A DNA stretch of 63,129 bases, filler included, from Perkinsus chesapeaki ATCC PRA-425 (GCA_013115145.1; 13 parts of 13 records of this genome joined end to end with filler, not necessarily neighbours in it), one strand, 5' to 3'. Counted from the first letter of the whole stretch, positions 10,230 through 24,139 are shown. Notes: generated from the sequence alone by a model not told the origin. Program-made: numbers and translations.

Positions 10230-13200
10230 TTGCGTATCCATTCCCGTGGACCTTGGGACGCTAGTACCGCTCATCTAGTAGAGGAACGAGCCGTTGCGAA
10301 GCAATCCATTCAATACTTACCAAGTCGTTCTAAGAAGCTCCCGCCGGAAGGCTCCCCTTCGCTCGTGCATCACGACGCTGTCAACAAGCACGTTAAATCT
10401 GGTGCCGCTCAGGCAAAGATTGATAATTCAGGCCAGTGTTTGGGTATGATCGCTGGGCCATTGGATAAGGATAGGAAGATCGGGGTCTCCCGTCCATCTG
10501 ACTCTGACTTACGTCCGTCTGACTCTGACTCTAATTTACGTCCGTCTGACTCCGTCGTCTCTGGCTCACGTGACTCTGGCTTACGTCCGTCTGACTCCGG
10601 CGTCTCTGGCTCACGCGACTCTGGCTTACGTCCGTCGGACTCCGGCGTCTCCGGCTTACGTCCGTCTGACACTGACCTGCATCCATCTGGCTCTGTCATC
10701 GGCCCCTCTGGCGACACGGAAGATCTCTCGGCTGGCAATCCGGACATCCCGGGTTCAATTACCAGCACGGTGACTCTGGGAACTTCGCCCAACACTTTCT
10801 ACTTGGGCTCTGATAGTGAGTATGAGGATGTCAGCATGAATAGCGGCATCTCTCCTTCTGTATTGGAAAGGGATCTGGTGCAATGCCCAGATCTCAACGC
10901 ACGCCACTGTCCACTCCCACACCCCTGCAATGTGCACTGGGAGCGCGCACACGAGGAACTCATGGCTAGGGGTACTCCGGAAAACCGCAGCAACTGCTGG
11001 GCTGACAACTGGGAAGACGATGATCAGGAGATGCACCAATGCGCTCCTAACCCACCGGAGACTAGGCGGACCCTCTCCCCTAATAGAGTTCCGCCCCCCA
11101 AGCCTGCGAAATCCTTTGCCGAAGCCAAGGCGGTTATCCAAACCAAACGTGCGTTACGCGGAATGGCAAACCTGGCCAAAGCTGCCTTCGATGGTTTACC
11201 ACCTGCCAAGCGTCAGGTGGCCGAGCTCATCTTGTCTGAGCTCACCTCATTAATTGAGGGGCTATTCGACGACGACGACTCGAGCGACACCCCACCCCGG
11301 AGTACTGCAACTACATCACCGGTCCAAAAGCGCCCTCGTGCTACTAATCCAAGACCTGCTCCACATCAGGTGAGGGTGCTCAGCAAACGCGAGCAGAGAC
11401 GCATAGCGAGAACCAACCAGAACCAGCACAGTGCAGCGGTGTCTTCGGCCAGACCTTCGTCGACTACCACTACTGCCCCAACGAGACCTCAACCCAAGAA
11501 AGTGGCCAACAGCTATGCTAGCATTGCTCGCAATGCCGCGGCGAAAACTCCTAAACCGGTGATTATTTTACGAGGGGCTGCTGATCTCCCTGCCCTAACC
11601 CCCGTTCAGTTTGCGGAGCTTAGGGTTCAGGCACTGGATCGCCTACCTCGTTCGGTGACGGTAACTGGCGGATCTTTCCAGTAGGTAAAGCAGGTCTGGG
11701 CCTTGCGCTGGCGGATCCCAAGGACCTCGAGACCTGTCTCACTAAGCTGGACGTCTTCAATGGCCTGAAAGCGGACAGAAAGCAGACGAGACATCCCAGA
11801 GTGATTGTCTTCAATGCTGCTGTGAGCAGAAATTCGTCTCTTGCGTCCATTAATGAGGAACTAGCCTCTGCCAATCCCCAGCTCACAGCTGGCATCAATG
11901 GCACGCTAGTCTCCAACTTACATTGGCGGGGAAACCATCTCGTCCTGGCTGTTTGCCCATCTCTGTTCCAGAGGATGTTCGGAACCAGTTCTAGACGCCT
12001 TGTGTTGAACCGCTTGTCGGTGCGATACGATATTGCCCATGACGTGACAATCTGTTACCATCGTTCACGTCTGGGGCATATAAGTTCAGTGTGCAACGAG
12101 AGGGACTTGCCCCCTCATTGTTGCCGCTGTAACAAATCGCACGAACGCAATGCCTGTGCTTCATCCATTGCAGTTTGTCGTAATTGCGTGGATGCCAAGC
12201 GCGCTGTAGTTGATCACGAGGCCACTGACCTCAAAAAGTGTCCAACTGCCATAGCTTTCGCTCGTAAGCTCGCGCAGCGCACAAACTATGGGACACGATG
12301 ATCAAAGTCCTACAGCTGAACACAGGGAAGAGGCGCGAAATCTCTCATTGCGTCTTGGTGCTCCTGGGATGTCCTTCTTCTCCAGGAGCCTTCGGTACTA
12401 TTAGCCTCCCCACTCCACGAAAACCATGGTCAACGTGGCGGAGGGGCTACTATATTAACGCTCCGCGGTCTTGCAGCAACCACTGTCTTGGCCGAGAAGG
12501 ATATATGTATTATCCGGATCGCCAACGGTGGCCTGTACTTTGCTAGTGTCTATCTGCATCCTAACGATAGGGCACGACGTGAAGCATGCCTGGCACAATG
12601 GTTCGCCTTCTCGAATTCTCTTCCTAACATAAAAGGGATATTCGGTGGTGATCTCAACTGCTGGCATGAGGCCTGGGGCAACAAGTTGGTCACAAGCTCA
12701 AATGAGGCTTGTGCTGAGTGCGTCCGCGGTGAGGAAGCTCTGGATCTTATCACTCGCACTCGGGGAACCATCCTTAATGACCCTGAGGGCTACCCCTCTC
12801 CTACCTTCCTCGGAGGGCTAGGCAGAGAATCATGGGCAGATGTGACCTGGTCTGTAGGCAATGTCGGCACCGTTGAATGGGAGCTTCTCTCCTCTCTATT
12901 CACGGCTTCTGACCACCGCGCTTTGCAGACTATCCTCACTGGTACAGACATATCTTATCCAGTAGGGCTTCAGCTACACCTCACTGACCTGGAAAAGGTC
13001 AATGAGCTTGTCTTCGGTCTCCCGGAGGATGTCTCGGCGTCGGAGATCTCTACTGCTTTGGCTCAAGCAGTCGAGGAGAGTACGCCCGAGCAAATACGAA
13101 GGGACTCACCAGGCTGATAGTCCCCTAAATTGAGCCGCCTAAAGGGCTATCTGAACAAAGCGCAGCGTAAACTTCACAACGCTCGTCACAATGCGAGTGA

Positions 13201-15980
13201 AGTTGCTATTGCCTTGTGGACAGATAAGCTCAAAGCGGCCAGAGTAGATTTTCGCCAAGAGGTTAGGGCGGCCAAAGCTCGTGACAGAGCTCGCTTCTAC
13301 GCCTCTCTCGGTGACTACTCTAAATGTATTCGGCCAGCCAAAGGCCGAGGGGCTCCTGGGATCTTGAATGGAGACCCAGAGTCCAACCAGGCTCAGGTCC
13401 TCTTGGATAAGCTATTTCCGACGGACCCAAATCGAGATCGGGTTCTCGCACGCCTGAATGCTATCTCGTATTGCGATGATGGCGTTCTTCCGCCAGTGAC
13501 TGAGAATGAGGTCAGCGAAGCAATTCATCGCCTCAAGATCAGTGCACCTGCGGAGGATCAGGTTAACGCCAGGGTCGTCAAGAGCACTGCATCCATTCTG
13601 GTACCCCGCTGGACACAGGCGTTCAACACTGTGTTCCAGAACAGGGTATATCCAGAGCAGTGGCGATCTGGCAAGTGTGTAGCTCTCCCGAAGCCTGGAA
13701 GAAGTCTCCACGCACCTTCGTCGTGGAGACCAGTATGCCTCCTCAGTGTTAGCTCAAAGCTACTGGCGGAGCGCTTAATCCATGAGCTTGGGGATCACCT
13801 ACGCTCCCCAGCTCTACATGAATTCATCCGCGGGCGCAGCTGCGATACTGCCCTGCGTGATATAATTAAAGCCTACAGGGTTGGCTTGGACCGCCATCAA
13901 GATGCCGGAAAGGTTACAGCCTTGACGGCTCTTGATGTGTCCAATGCCTTTAATTCCCTTAGGCATAGTTTTATCCTGGCGGAACTCCGGCAAATGGGGA
14001 TCTCCAAATACTTGGTAGATCTCATCCAGAGCTGGCTGACCAATCAAACGGTCTCGGTGAGCTTCGGAGCGCATTCCGCTGGGATCACTCTGGAAAGGGG
14101 GGTGCCTCAAGGTTCTATACTTGGGCCCCTCCTATTTGTGGCTAGCACGATCAGCCTGTCGCGTGCGTTGAACAGGAGCTTCGAGGGAGCTACGGTGACC
14201 TCCTCCTTGTTCGCTGATGACATGACAATAGTCATCAACGCATCCGGCGTAACGGCTTTTCGTGAGGCCTGGCGCTATGTTGAGGGAAACCTCGACCGTG
14301 CCGTCGGTCGGGACTGGACATGTCTCCGGACAAGTGCTACGTCCTTTCCCCTAGGAAGCTAGCGTTCTCGCCTACCTGGCAGGGTGCGAAACTTCCCACG
14401 ACCGACACGGTGAGAGTCCTAGGGGTCTTTCTTGGCAAAAGACTGACCTTCAGGCCTCACCTGCGTAAAAAAGTATCCGAGTGCCGACGCCGGCTAGCTT
14501 GTCTAGTTGGCCTAGCCTGGGTAAGAGCTGGCATAACTCACAAAAAAGCCGCCCGTACCTACAACCAGGGAGTCTTTCCGCACTTCTCTCATGGGGTGTC
14601 GGCATGGGGAGATGTACTACACTTTTCATGGGCTCAGAAACTGGTGGACTCGGTGTCTGGTATGGCTGCGCGGATAGTGCTACGTGCTCCTCGCAATAGC
14701 TCGTATGCGGCAGTCACTATCATGGCAGGGCTCCAGCCCGCGCACATCCAACTCCTGTCCCTCCTAGAGGTTCAACGAGATTGGATGATGCCAGTGCTGC
14801 CCCTGAGAGATTGCCCTGGCAGGTACAGGGAGATGGTATGGAAGCCTGACACTCGTCTTCCTCATCCCCTTCCTCCATGGGCCCCTACTCTTGCGATTGA
14901 ACCTAGGGAGAAGGCTATAGAGCGCGCTACGGAATGCGGACGCCACTGTGCTATCTTCACAGATGGCTCCAAATTCCACGAGAGTAGCGGCGGAGGCATT
15001 ATTGCCTTCGTGCATAACAAGCCGGTACACCAGTCTTATTTCAGGCTGCCCGGTTTCTGCTCTATAGCCCAGTGTGAACTAATAATAGCCATCCGCGATG
15101 CTCTGCGGTGGCTGCGGTCTACCGCCGGTCAGTTCCAAATCTTTCCCGGAACGCGGTGGTATATATTTACTGATAGCCAAGCGGCTATCAAGTCCTTGGG
15201 CCATCGGCACTCGGTTGAGAGATGCGCGCTCGCCAGGGACATTACGGTACTATGCCAAGGCATCAACGTATCTATCCGTTGGTGTCCTGGCCACGAAGGA
15301 GTCGATTGTAACGAGCTTGCTGACCAACTACCTAACGTTGGGAGGAAGCAACTCTACCCCCTAGCTCCTGACGTTCCTCCCCGCCTATCCCGATCTTTTC
15401 TGAAGCGAAGAGCTAAGGAGAAAGCGGAGGAGCTAACTCGCCAGTGGTGGTGCTTGATTCGTCCCAGATTGGGAGCCACTGTGCGTGAATTCTTTTGGCC
15501 ATTTGGTCATGCTCGCCGGTTCGTGGCAGCTTGCCATACGACCCAAGATGTTTCGGCCCTGCTCTTAGGACACGCGCCGACTCCTCATATGAGACACGTC
15601 CAAGGCCTGCTCCCGGGCCCCCTTGCGGCGCCGAGGACGGTACGACGATGCACTACATCAGGGACTGTCCGCTGCTAGACGGCGCACGCAAAGCGTCAAA
15701 TCTTTACGTTCCCAAGTACTTGTACAAGTACTCGGTGGACCCTAAGCTACGTGGATCCCTGGTGACTATGTGCAAATATGTATTTGAACTGCTGGAGAGA
15801 CTACGGCACTCAGATACCTTATCTTGATATGGTCCCTACCGCTGTCATCGTTTTCCGGTAGTAGGTAGCCAAGCGTCTGGCCTTCGGGCTTACTTTGATA
15901 CCTGTCCATCATGCAGATGGCAGGTCGGCCAGAGCACAGTACAGTGCAATGGCTTTAGTGGCTGGTGTGGCATCACTCAG
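10230..15980 (+). mobile_element. Second non-LTR retrotransposon (ORF1 + APE-RT-RNaseH-CCHC), degenerate with several frameshifts
   Basis: ORF1 pieces at 10230-11684 and 11801-12301 with Cys/His knuckles. ATGA overlap at 12298-12301. APE at 12298-13117 (SVYLHP, GDLNC.H..WG, SDHR). RT at 13130-14362 (WRPVCLL, LDVSNAFN, GVPQGSILGP, FADD). RNase H at 14320-15678 (FTDGSK, FTDSQAA, WCPGHEG). CCHC tail to 15827. Confidence 0.93.
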
Positions 15981-16265
15981 TGCTCCAGCACTTGTATTAT
16001 TTTCAAGGATCGGCGGCATCGAGACCTCTTCTTGAGGTGTTGCAGGATCCATTAAATCTGGTAAACCGACCCACTAAGGATTGGTATAGGTGATGATGGA
16101 TAATAATAAGATTTCCGGAAGTCGTTCTCAAGTCCGAGTGAAAAGAGTCTTCCGATGCGCGTATATCCATACTTATCAGTGCATTTAACCGCAGGAGACT
16201 TCTATCCCTCGGGTCCGCCGTGCAAGGCCGAGAGAAATAGAGTTGGGCATGGCTTGCGGCGCAGT

Positions 16266-16839
16266 TCCGGATTACTCGCTCGCGCCTGTGGACTGCAAGG
16301 ACCTTCTCAAGGTTGGATTCGACTACGCATTCGATACGAATGTGCAATCAGCAAGCTTCGGAACTTTTGGATCGATAGCCTCTCACCTGAAGCAATGACC
16401 TCAGCTCAAACTAGGTTCACGATGCTCGACGGTGAATGGGATGGGGTAAATGAGGGCTGCGATAGCAAATCACAAAGCCAAGTACACCCGGTGGAATCTG
16501 ACAATGCCACTCTGTCTTATGAGAGTATCAGCGTGTTTTCCAGTCAAGAGGGTTTTGAAGGGAGAACTCAAGACCCAGGTAGTTATTCGCGAAGACGTAG
16601 ACACTATAGCGTGCCAGCTGTCTTGTCATTTTCGGTCTTTGGCCAACAAATGTCGAAGGCAATGAATCAGACGGAGCTTGCGAGCTTGCAGCGCAGTTGA
16701 ACATCCGGATTACTCGCTCGCGCCTGTGGACTGCGAAGACCTTCCCAAGGTTGGATTTGAATACGGCAGAATGTGCAATCAGGAAGCTTCGGAATTCTCT
16801 ATCGATAGCCTCTCATCTTAAGCAATGACGTCAGCTCCA
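16266..16839 (+). repeat. Imperfect direct repeat of about 140 bp (about 16266-16408 and 16704-16839)
   Basis: Both copies begin TCCGGATTACTCGCTCGCGCCTGTGGACTGC and share ...ATCGATAGCCTCTCA..AAGCAATGAC. Confidence 0.85.
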
Positions 16840-17281
16840 ATGTGACGATCCATTGGTCACGTCTGGGCAGACACTCCTTACTAGGACAACGGCATAATTG
16901 TGTTACACAGTTAACTACTGGCTTGTACCATCATTGAATATGTTGTGTTGAGTTGATATTGTGATAATGACTTAAGACACAGTAAGGAAGTGTCTGGGAT
17001 CCCGAGTGCTGGTTCTTAAAGGTACAGTCTCTCAAACCCACTGAAGAGTTCTTGGGAGAGAACGAAACACTATTTGGATCGTCAAACCGGAATATCGTAA
17101 ATCGTCAAGATCGGTGTGGAATAGGATAACTAATATTAATACATTATTGTATCCTCAAAAGAATTTAGCAACAATAAATTCNNNNNNNNNNNNNNNNNNN
17201 NNNNNNNNNNNNNNNNNNNNNNNNNTTAATTAATTAANNNNNNNNNNNNNNNNNNNNNNNNNNNNNNNNNNNNNNNNNNNN

Positions 17282-17420
17282 TTATTGTTGTTATTGTTGT
17301 TATTGTTGTTATTGTTGTTATTGTTGTTATTGTTGTTATTGTTGTTATTGTTGTTATTGTTGTTATTGTTGTTATTGTTGTTATTGTTGTTATTGTTGTT
17401 ATTGTTGTTATTGTTGTTAT
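17282..17420 (+). repeat. (TTGTTA)n microsatellite in the first visible CDK intron
   Basis: More than 20 tandem hexamers ending just before the TAG acceptor at 17424-17426. Confidence 0.95.
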
Positions 17421-17426
17421 TATTAG

Positions 17427-19038
17427 ATATCAAAGAACTGAGAAAAAGCCACTTGGTGAAGGTACATATGGTGAAGTATATAAAGCTAGATGTCAATCAA
17501 CTGGATTAATAGTTGCTATGAAAAGAATGAAGTAATAGTAGTATTAATAATAAGAAGAAGTATGTTGTTATTACTATTATTATTAGGTTAGACCAAGAAG
17601 ATGAAGGTGTACCATCAACAGCTATAAGGGAAGTATCATTACTTAAGGAATTAAAACATACTAATATTGTTAAACTATTAGATGTATTTTGTAGTCATAA
17701 AAAACTGTAATATATCATGATAATTAATATTATATTATTATTACTATCAGATATTTAATATTTGAATTTGTGGATTTAGATTTAAAAAAGCATATGAAAC
17801 AGATTGGTGGGTTAACTAAAGATAAAGTAATATATATAACTATTATTATTGTTATTATATTTCATTAGCAGGTACAATCATTTGCATATCAGCTTCTTCT
17901 TGGTACTAATTATTGTCATGAATATCGTATTATACATAGGTATAATAATAATAATAATTTATTATTATAATATGACATGATAATAATGGGATATTAATTA
18001 TTATTCTATTCTTAGAGACCTTAAACCGCAGAATTTACTAATTGATTCTAATGGTACACTTAAATTAGCTGATTTTGGATTAGCTAGGGCTTTTAGTTTA
18101 CCAATACCAAAATATACACATGAAGTAATAATAATAATATTATTATAGTAGTANNNNNNNNNNNNNNNNNNNNNNNNNNNNNNNNNNNNNNNNNNNNNNN
18201 NNNNNNNNNNNNNNNNNNNNNNNNNNNNNNNNNNNNNNNNNNNNNNNNNNGTATGTACTGCTACTGTTATTATTATAATAATATTATAGTAGTATGTACT
18301 GCTACTGTTATTATTATAATAATATTATAGTAGTATGTACTGCTACTGTTATTATTATAATAATATTCAGGTTGTTACTGTATGGTATCGTGCACCAGAG
18401 ATATTATTAGGGAGTAGCAAGTAATAATGACATGAATGAGAATGACATAAATGACTATGATGATATAATAGATATTCTATACCTATTGATAATTGGTCTG
18501 TTGGTTGTATATTAGCCGAAATGGCTACTAATACACCATTATTCCCAGGTGATTCAGAAATAGATACAATATTTAGGTAATAGTAATAATACGTATAATA
18601 ATAATATTATTAGTGTATTCATCATTAGGATATTCCGTAAATTGGGAACACCTAATGAATCAATATGGTGTGGTATAAGATCATTACCTGATTTTAAAGA
18701 TACTTTCCCACAATGGCGTCCTAGAGGTTGGGAGAATATACCTGGTTTAATGGAAAAATTAGGAGAAGCTGGATGTGATCTATTATCAGTATTAATAATA
18801 CAATATATATTAATTATATAATTATTATTAGATGTTCTTAACATATAATCCAGCTGATAGATTATCATGTAAAAGAGGTTTAGAACATGTAATAAATATA
18901 ATTCATCTTAATAATATACATTATTATCAGCCATATTTCGCAACATTGGACAAGAAACAATTCAATTATAATGATGATAAAGGGATATATAAGATATCAT
19001 CTGATGATGATATAACAGATATAGATAGGAGAGAATAA
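17427..19038 (+). CDS. cdc2: PSTAIRE cyclin-dependent kinase (CDK1/cdc2-like), 10 visible exons, 5' end off-contig
   Basis: GT-AG exons at 17427-17531, 17587-17706, 17751-17826, 17872-17939, 18016-18124, 18371-18420, 18472-18576, 18629-18788, 18832-18888 and 18931-19038. They splice in frame to [50 protein letters not shown] and GDSEID. Confidence 0.95.
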
Positions 19039-21062
19039 TAATAATACTACTACTTTGGTATTAATATTGGAAATCGTATATATTTATCATTAAATACTCA
19101 GCATGCTTCCATTAATTTATATTATTATTGAGTTTTCACAAGTATTTGAATAACGTTAATTGTATAACGTTACTCTATTGCGGCAACACAACGCAATACG
19201 AAAACGTGACTTTCGTCGTCGTTTCTCGTTTGTTGGTCTTACATGAATTATTGTTATTAACTCGATAAATTTAATGATTATGGAAAAGTATCAGAACTGG
19301 TAATTAGTAGTAGTAGTAAGTCATTTTCGTTGTTTATGACGGTAACGACATAAAGAATGAGAAGATATATTGCATCAATAACAAACAACAGCAGCAATCC
19401 AACAGCAACAACCAATAATGCTACTATAAGCGGCAACAGGCAAACAACAAGGAATACTTATAATAATATATTCAGCAAAAATATATCATTAAAGCAGAAG
19501 TTGCTGGCAGCAGCAGAAGCAGAGTATGGTAGTGGTTTAGTTGTTTATTGAATTTGGAATAGTTGTGCATTATTAATATAAATGCAATTATTATTGAGTG
19601 AAGGAACAGTAATAGTAACAGCAGCAAGTACAGTAAGAATATTAGTATAATATATTAACAATAACAATATTTATTACAATAATCTGCTGTTATTGCTTAC
19701 TTAATAGCCAATAAATGGGTCATAATGTTGATGATGATGCTGCTAGTGACAAGATACTACTACACGACACCGCTAAGCAACCAATTAACCATTTTTTACG
19801 AGAATCACTATTATCATAGGATAGATAGTATTAAGGATACTATCATCATTCACGGATTATAATAATAGTGAAAGTATCAACAGAATAGCCATAATGTAAC
19901 AGTAAACAATAGAAACAACAATACTAATAATCATTATTGTTATTGTCATTACTATACTAAAAGTACGCCTAACAATTATGATAATAATAATAGGCCACAC
20001 TAAAATCGGCAATTATGCCGCGCAAACGAGCAGCAGCAGCAGTAACCACAAGAATAATAACTGAAGCAACATCATCGCAAAAGATACTAAAATCTACTTA
20101 ATACTACTACTTGAAGTAATATTACTTAAATAACATTACTTAAAGTAGTAATATAGTAGATAATAATAAATAAGCGGCACAAGAAGCTTAAAGTTATCAG
20201 TACTACTGCTGGTATAGGGATCAGTCGAATAAATGTTAGTAGGAAGAGTAAGAAACGAGGAATAAGAAGAAGAAGAATGGTTAACATTATTATCGTTACG
20301 ATTATCATCAGTTATTAATCGTAGTAGTAGTTGAAGTTCAGAAGAAGTAATTACTAATAATAGTAGTAGTAATAGTATACAAATCACTATTGGGTTGTGT
20401 ACAACTAAATTACAATTTAACTATTATTCATGTACTTCTAGACATCACTATTTTACATATACAGTCGAAGCAGCAGCAAGAACAACAACGAGTAGTAGCA
20501 GTAGTATCCGATACCAATGGTAATATATATAGAGATTACAAACTAACGGCAAAGACGGAATCAATTATTATTACGACTATTGTTAGAGTACTTGTTAATT
20601 AAAACCGCTCATCATCAGTTATATAATCAATAATAATAACAACAATAATAAAATCATCAGATAACACGATAATGATATAAATTATTATTATCATTATTAC
20701 TGAGCCAAACCATCTCCTATGGCTATACTACTTGTATTAATATCAGATACAATAGAGATAAAGACGACAACAACAATAATAATAGTATTATCACTAAGAG
20801 CAACAATAGTCGCATTATTAGTAATAAGAGCAATAATCATTATTATTGATATGTAAAAGTAAAGAGTTAGTTGACCGACAAACGGATGGTGGCAAATATC
20901 CATTATTGATTATTATCATTATAAAAGCTTGTTTTATACACTTGTTGATAATGATAATGCTGCTAATAGATAAAGGGAAAAAGGAGGAGGAGGATTATTA
21001 TAGTAGTAATAAGTAGTAGTAGTGATGAGAGTTGATTAATAATAATATAATTATTAATAATA

Positions 21063-23105
21063 CTATACTCTAATACTATTATCATCACCCTCTAATGCAT
21101 TAATTCTGGTATTAGTAGTATTATTATTATGAGCTTGTAGTGTTGGCACGGATGATGATGATAACGATGATCTGATATCATTTTCTACTCCTTCCTCCAT
21201 TGATAGACCATTTTCATTAATATTCTCTTCCTCTATTGTTCTTGCTGTTGCAGTAGTAGTAATAATACCATCATCTCCTTTACCACCATAGTCGTCATAA
21301 GTATCATCGTCTTCAGTAATAGTAGATGACTTCTTACTTATTTCTTCTTCCTCGGCTTCTATATCAACTATACTTCCTATATCAGTTACATTGTCCTCCT
21401 CCTCGTCATTATTATTATCTTCCTCTTCTTGACGCTTCTTAGCTTCACGATCAATGCGATTGAAATAGGGCATTAATGCTAAACACATCAACGCACCTAA
21501 TACACATATACCAGCCAATAATAGGTAATAATAATCATAATGTGAACCATATAACATAACAGAATTAGGATAATCTGATGGTGTAAAATCAGGCATCCAA
21601 GGGGAACAAGCTTGGAATATAGCACCAGCAATAAAATTAGCTATTGCAAAGAATAATAAGTTAATTGCTGATGATACAGCTTTTAAGTTACTTGGTGAAT
21701 ATGTAAATGCCACTTCATATGATGTTGATGTTAAGAATATTTCACCAGCAGCAATAACCCAAAATTGTGGTACTTGCCACCATACAGATACAGTATATAA
21801 TGGTCTATACATAACAGCATATTCAACAGCTAATGATAATAATAATGAAGCAGCACCCATTAATGAACCAACACACATACGTGTTAATACTGACCACATT
21901 TTATTCTTAGATCTTAACCATGAATATAATAAACCATCTATTAATAATGAATTTATTATAATAGCAACACTATCAATATTTTGCATTAATGCTGCAGGCA
22001 TATCCCATCCAAATGTATCTAAATTCATTTTCTCAGCTTGTGTTAACCATGCTGTAGTCATTTGATCATATGCGATAGTAAATGGTATTATAATAGTAAA
22101 TAATGGTATTAAACGAAATATTTGTTTAGCATCTTCAATAAATCTATCTTCAAATGGGCCACCATTACTCTTTTTACATTTTTCTAATGATAGCTTATAA
22201 GTTGCATAACCAATAACTTTACATACCTCTAATACTGCTGAACCTTGTGGTTTAGGTTTAACAAATCTTCCCATAATACCACCATATAAGAATACAGCAG
22301 TAGCAATAATGAATGCAAAGAATGGCACCAGATAAGCAACAAAGAAAGAGACATCTTCAACTAATATAGGTGTTACTATACCACCAACAAGTGCACCAAT
22401 ATTAATACTTGAATAGAAATATGTAGATAATCTAGTAATTAATGCTTTATGTAATTCAGGATGAAATTGCTGAGCACCCATAACATTAACACAACTTTTA
22501 ATACCACCACTTCCCAGTGTAATTAATACCATTAATGATAAATGTACCATCCATGGTTGACATAATCTTGGTACTGATGCAACACAAAATAATGCTAAAC
22601 CAATAATATATACCACTGAGAATATAAGTATAGTATTATATACTCCCAACCATGTATCAGATAATACAGCTGCTATTAATGGTGTAACATATATAATGGC
22701 TTGAAAGTCAGCAATATAAGTGTTAGCAGATGAATCAGAATAACCAAGATTAACCTTGAGGAATGTTTGTAAATTGGGTGTTAAACCATAAAATGCTAAA
22801 CGCTCACACATTTCTTGTAATAATACAAATATTGTTGCTTTCATCATAGGATGCTCATAATAATGATAAGTGTTACCATTAGGGTCCGTCCACGATAATG
22901 GTTTATCAGCATCAGTAACCTTTAAATGGAAACAACCACCACCACAACATTTACGAACACCACCATCACCACCACCAATATCAACATCATCATTCTTCTT
23001 GTTGTTGATAATACTATTGCTGCTGCCGCTGCTGCTGCTGCTACGGGTAGTAGTTTTTGTACTCTTTGATGATTGTTGATGATTATTATTAAAGAGTCCT
23101 TTCAT
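21063..23105 (-). CDS. POT/PTR2-family proton-dependent oligopeptide transporter, intronless
   Basis: EMCERLAFYG (ExxERFxYYG motif), LGSGGIKS, YFYSSINIG, about 12 hydrophobic segments and low-complexity termini. Confidence 0.93.
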   Translation of the reverse strand: MKGLFNNNHQQSSKSTKTTTRSSSSSGSSNSIINNKKNDDVDIGGGDGGVRKCCGGGCFHLKVTDADKPLSWTDPNGNTYHYYEHPMMKATIFVLLQEMCERLAFYGLTPNLQTFLKVNLGYSDSSANTYIADFQAIIYVTPLIAAVLSDTWLGVYNTILIFSVVYIIGLALFCVASVPRLCQPWMVHLSLMVLITLGSGGIKSCVNVMGAQQFHPELHKALITRLSTYFYSSINIGALVGGIVTPILVEDVSFFVAYLVPFFAFIIATAVFLYGGIMGRFVKPKPQGSAVLEVCKVIGYATYKLSLEKCKKSNGGPFEDRFIEDAKQIFRLIPLFTIIIPFTIAYDQMTTAWLTQAEKMNLDTFGWDMPAALMQNIDSVAIIINSLLIDGLLYSWLRSKNKMWSVLTRMCVGSLMGAASLLLSLAVEYAVMYRPLYTVSVWWQVPQFWVIAAGEIFLTSTSYEVAFTYSPSNLKAVSSAINLLFFAIANFIAGAIFQACSPWMPDFTPSDYPNSVMLYGSHYDYYYLLLAGICVLGALMCLALMPYFNRIDREAKKRQEEEDNNNDEEEDNVTDIGSIVDIEAEEEEISKKSSTITEDDDTYDDYGGKGDDGIITTTATARTIEEENINENGLSMEEGVENDIRSSLSSSSVPTLQAHNNNTTNTRINALEGDDNSIRV

Positions 23106-24139
23106 AATGTATTTGTTATTCCTTTTACTTATTAGTAATAGTCACTTTATTATACTTCTTATGAAGATTGAAGAATAATGATGAATGGAATAACAACAAC
23201 AACAACTACCAACTAAAAAGACTATAATATAAACTATCACCACTAACAATAATAATACAACTAAGAAGAACTAGTGCTAGAACGGGGGTAGACAATTAGA
23301 AAGGGGACAATTATTGTGTTATTAGCTGTAGTAGTAGTGATGATGACGGTGAGTAGCACCTGTAGTAGTAGTAGCAGAGGAGATAAAGGAGGAGGATAAA
23401 AGTAAAAGTAGGCGAAATATATAAATGTATATACTATAATAATAATAACAATGATGATGATGACCTTGATCATCATCATTATCCTTAAACAGTACAAGTA
23501 ATAGCGGTTGTTGTTGTTGTTGTTATTATTATAGCCTATAAGATATAATAATGTTTGTTATTCTTCGTTATGTGAAATATATATTGTGATACTATAAGTT
23601 GTAGTAGTAAAAGACGAGATAATATATTATAACACTGAAGGTAAATTAATAATAGGGGACAGCTATTGTGTTATTGAATATAAGCTATTTGGTAAACTAC
23701 CATAATAATAAACAACAACAACAACAACAAGGAAGACGACGAGGACCTAAGAAGGAATTGAACCAAACACATTTATATCTCTGATAATGATGGTAATAAC
23801 AACACTACATTAACACATACAACAGCAGCATGATTATGATTATTATTAACAATAACAACAACAAAGATTGGTAATAATAATAATTGGTATACATGATATT
23901 ATAATAAAGTGTTGTTATTATTATAAAAGTTAATACCTTTCATTCTCATCATCATTGTCGTGGTCGTGGTGGTGCTTGTGGTGGTGATTCACTATTGAAT
24001 AGTACGAGATGACCTTTTATCGTTAATGATGATGATGATGTATTATTATTATGTTTATATAATTGATGATGAATCATTTCCTTTGTATTTATTACTGATG
24101 ATTGTAGAAGATGATGATGTAATATCATGCGATAATATT

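Noticed and set aside
10142-10480. HDV-like or hammerhead ribozyme at LINE 5' ends
   Set aside because: No convincing nested pseudoknot or CTGANGA...GAAA core found by eye. An Infernal search would be needed.
13057-13067. TTTGGCTCAAG SL-like 11-mer
   Set aside because: Lies in frame within LINE ORF2 (ALAQA) with no further SL similarity.
19039-21062. Short ORFs in AT-rich intergenic DNA
   Set aside because: Low-complexity (TAA/TAG/CAA) products. I could not assemble a spliced gene.
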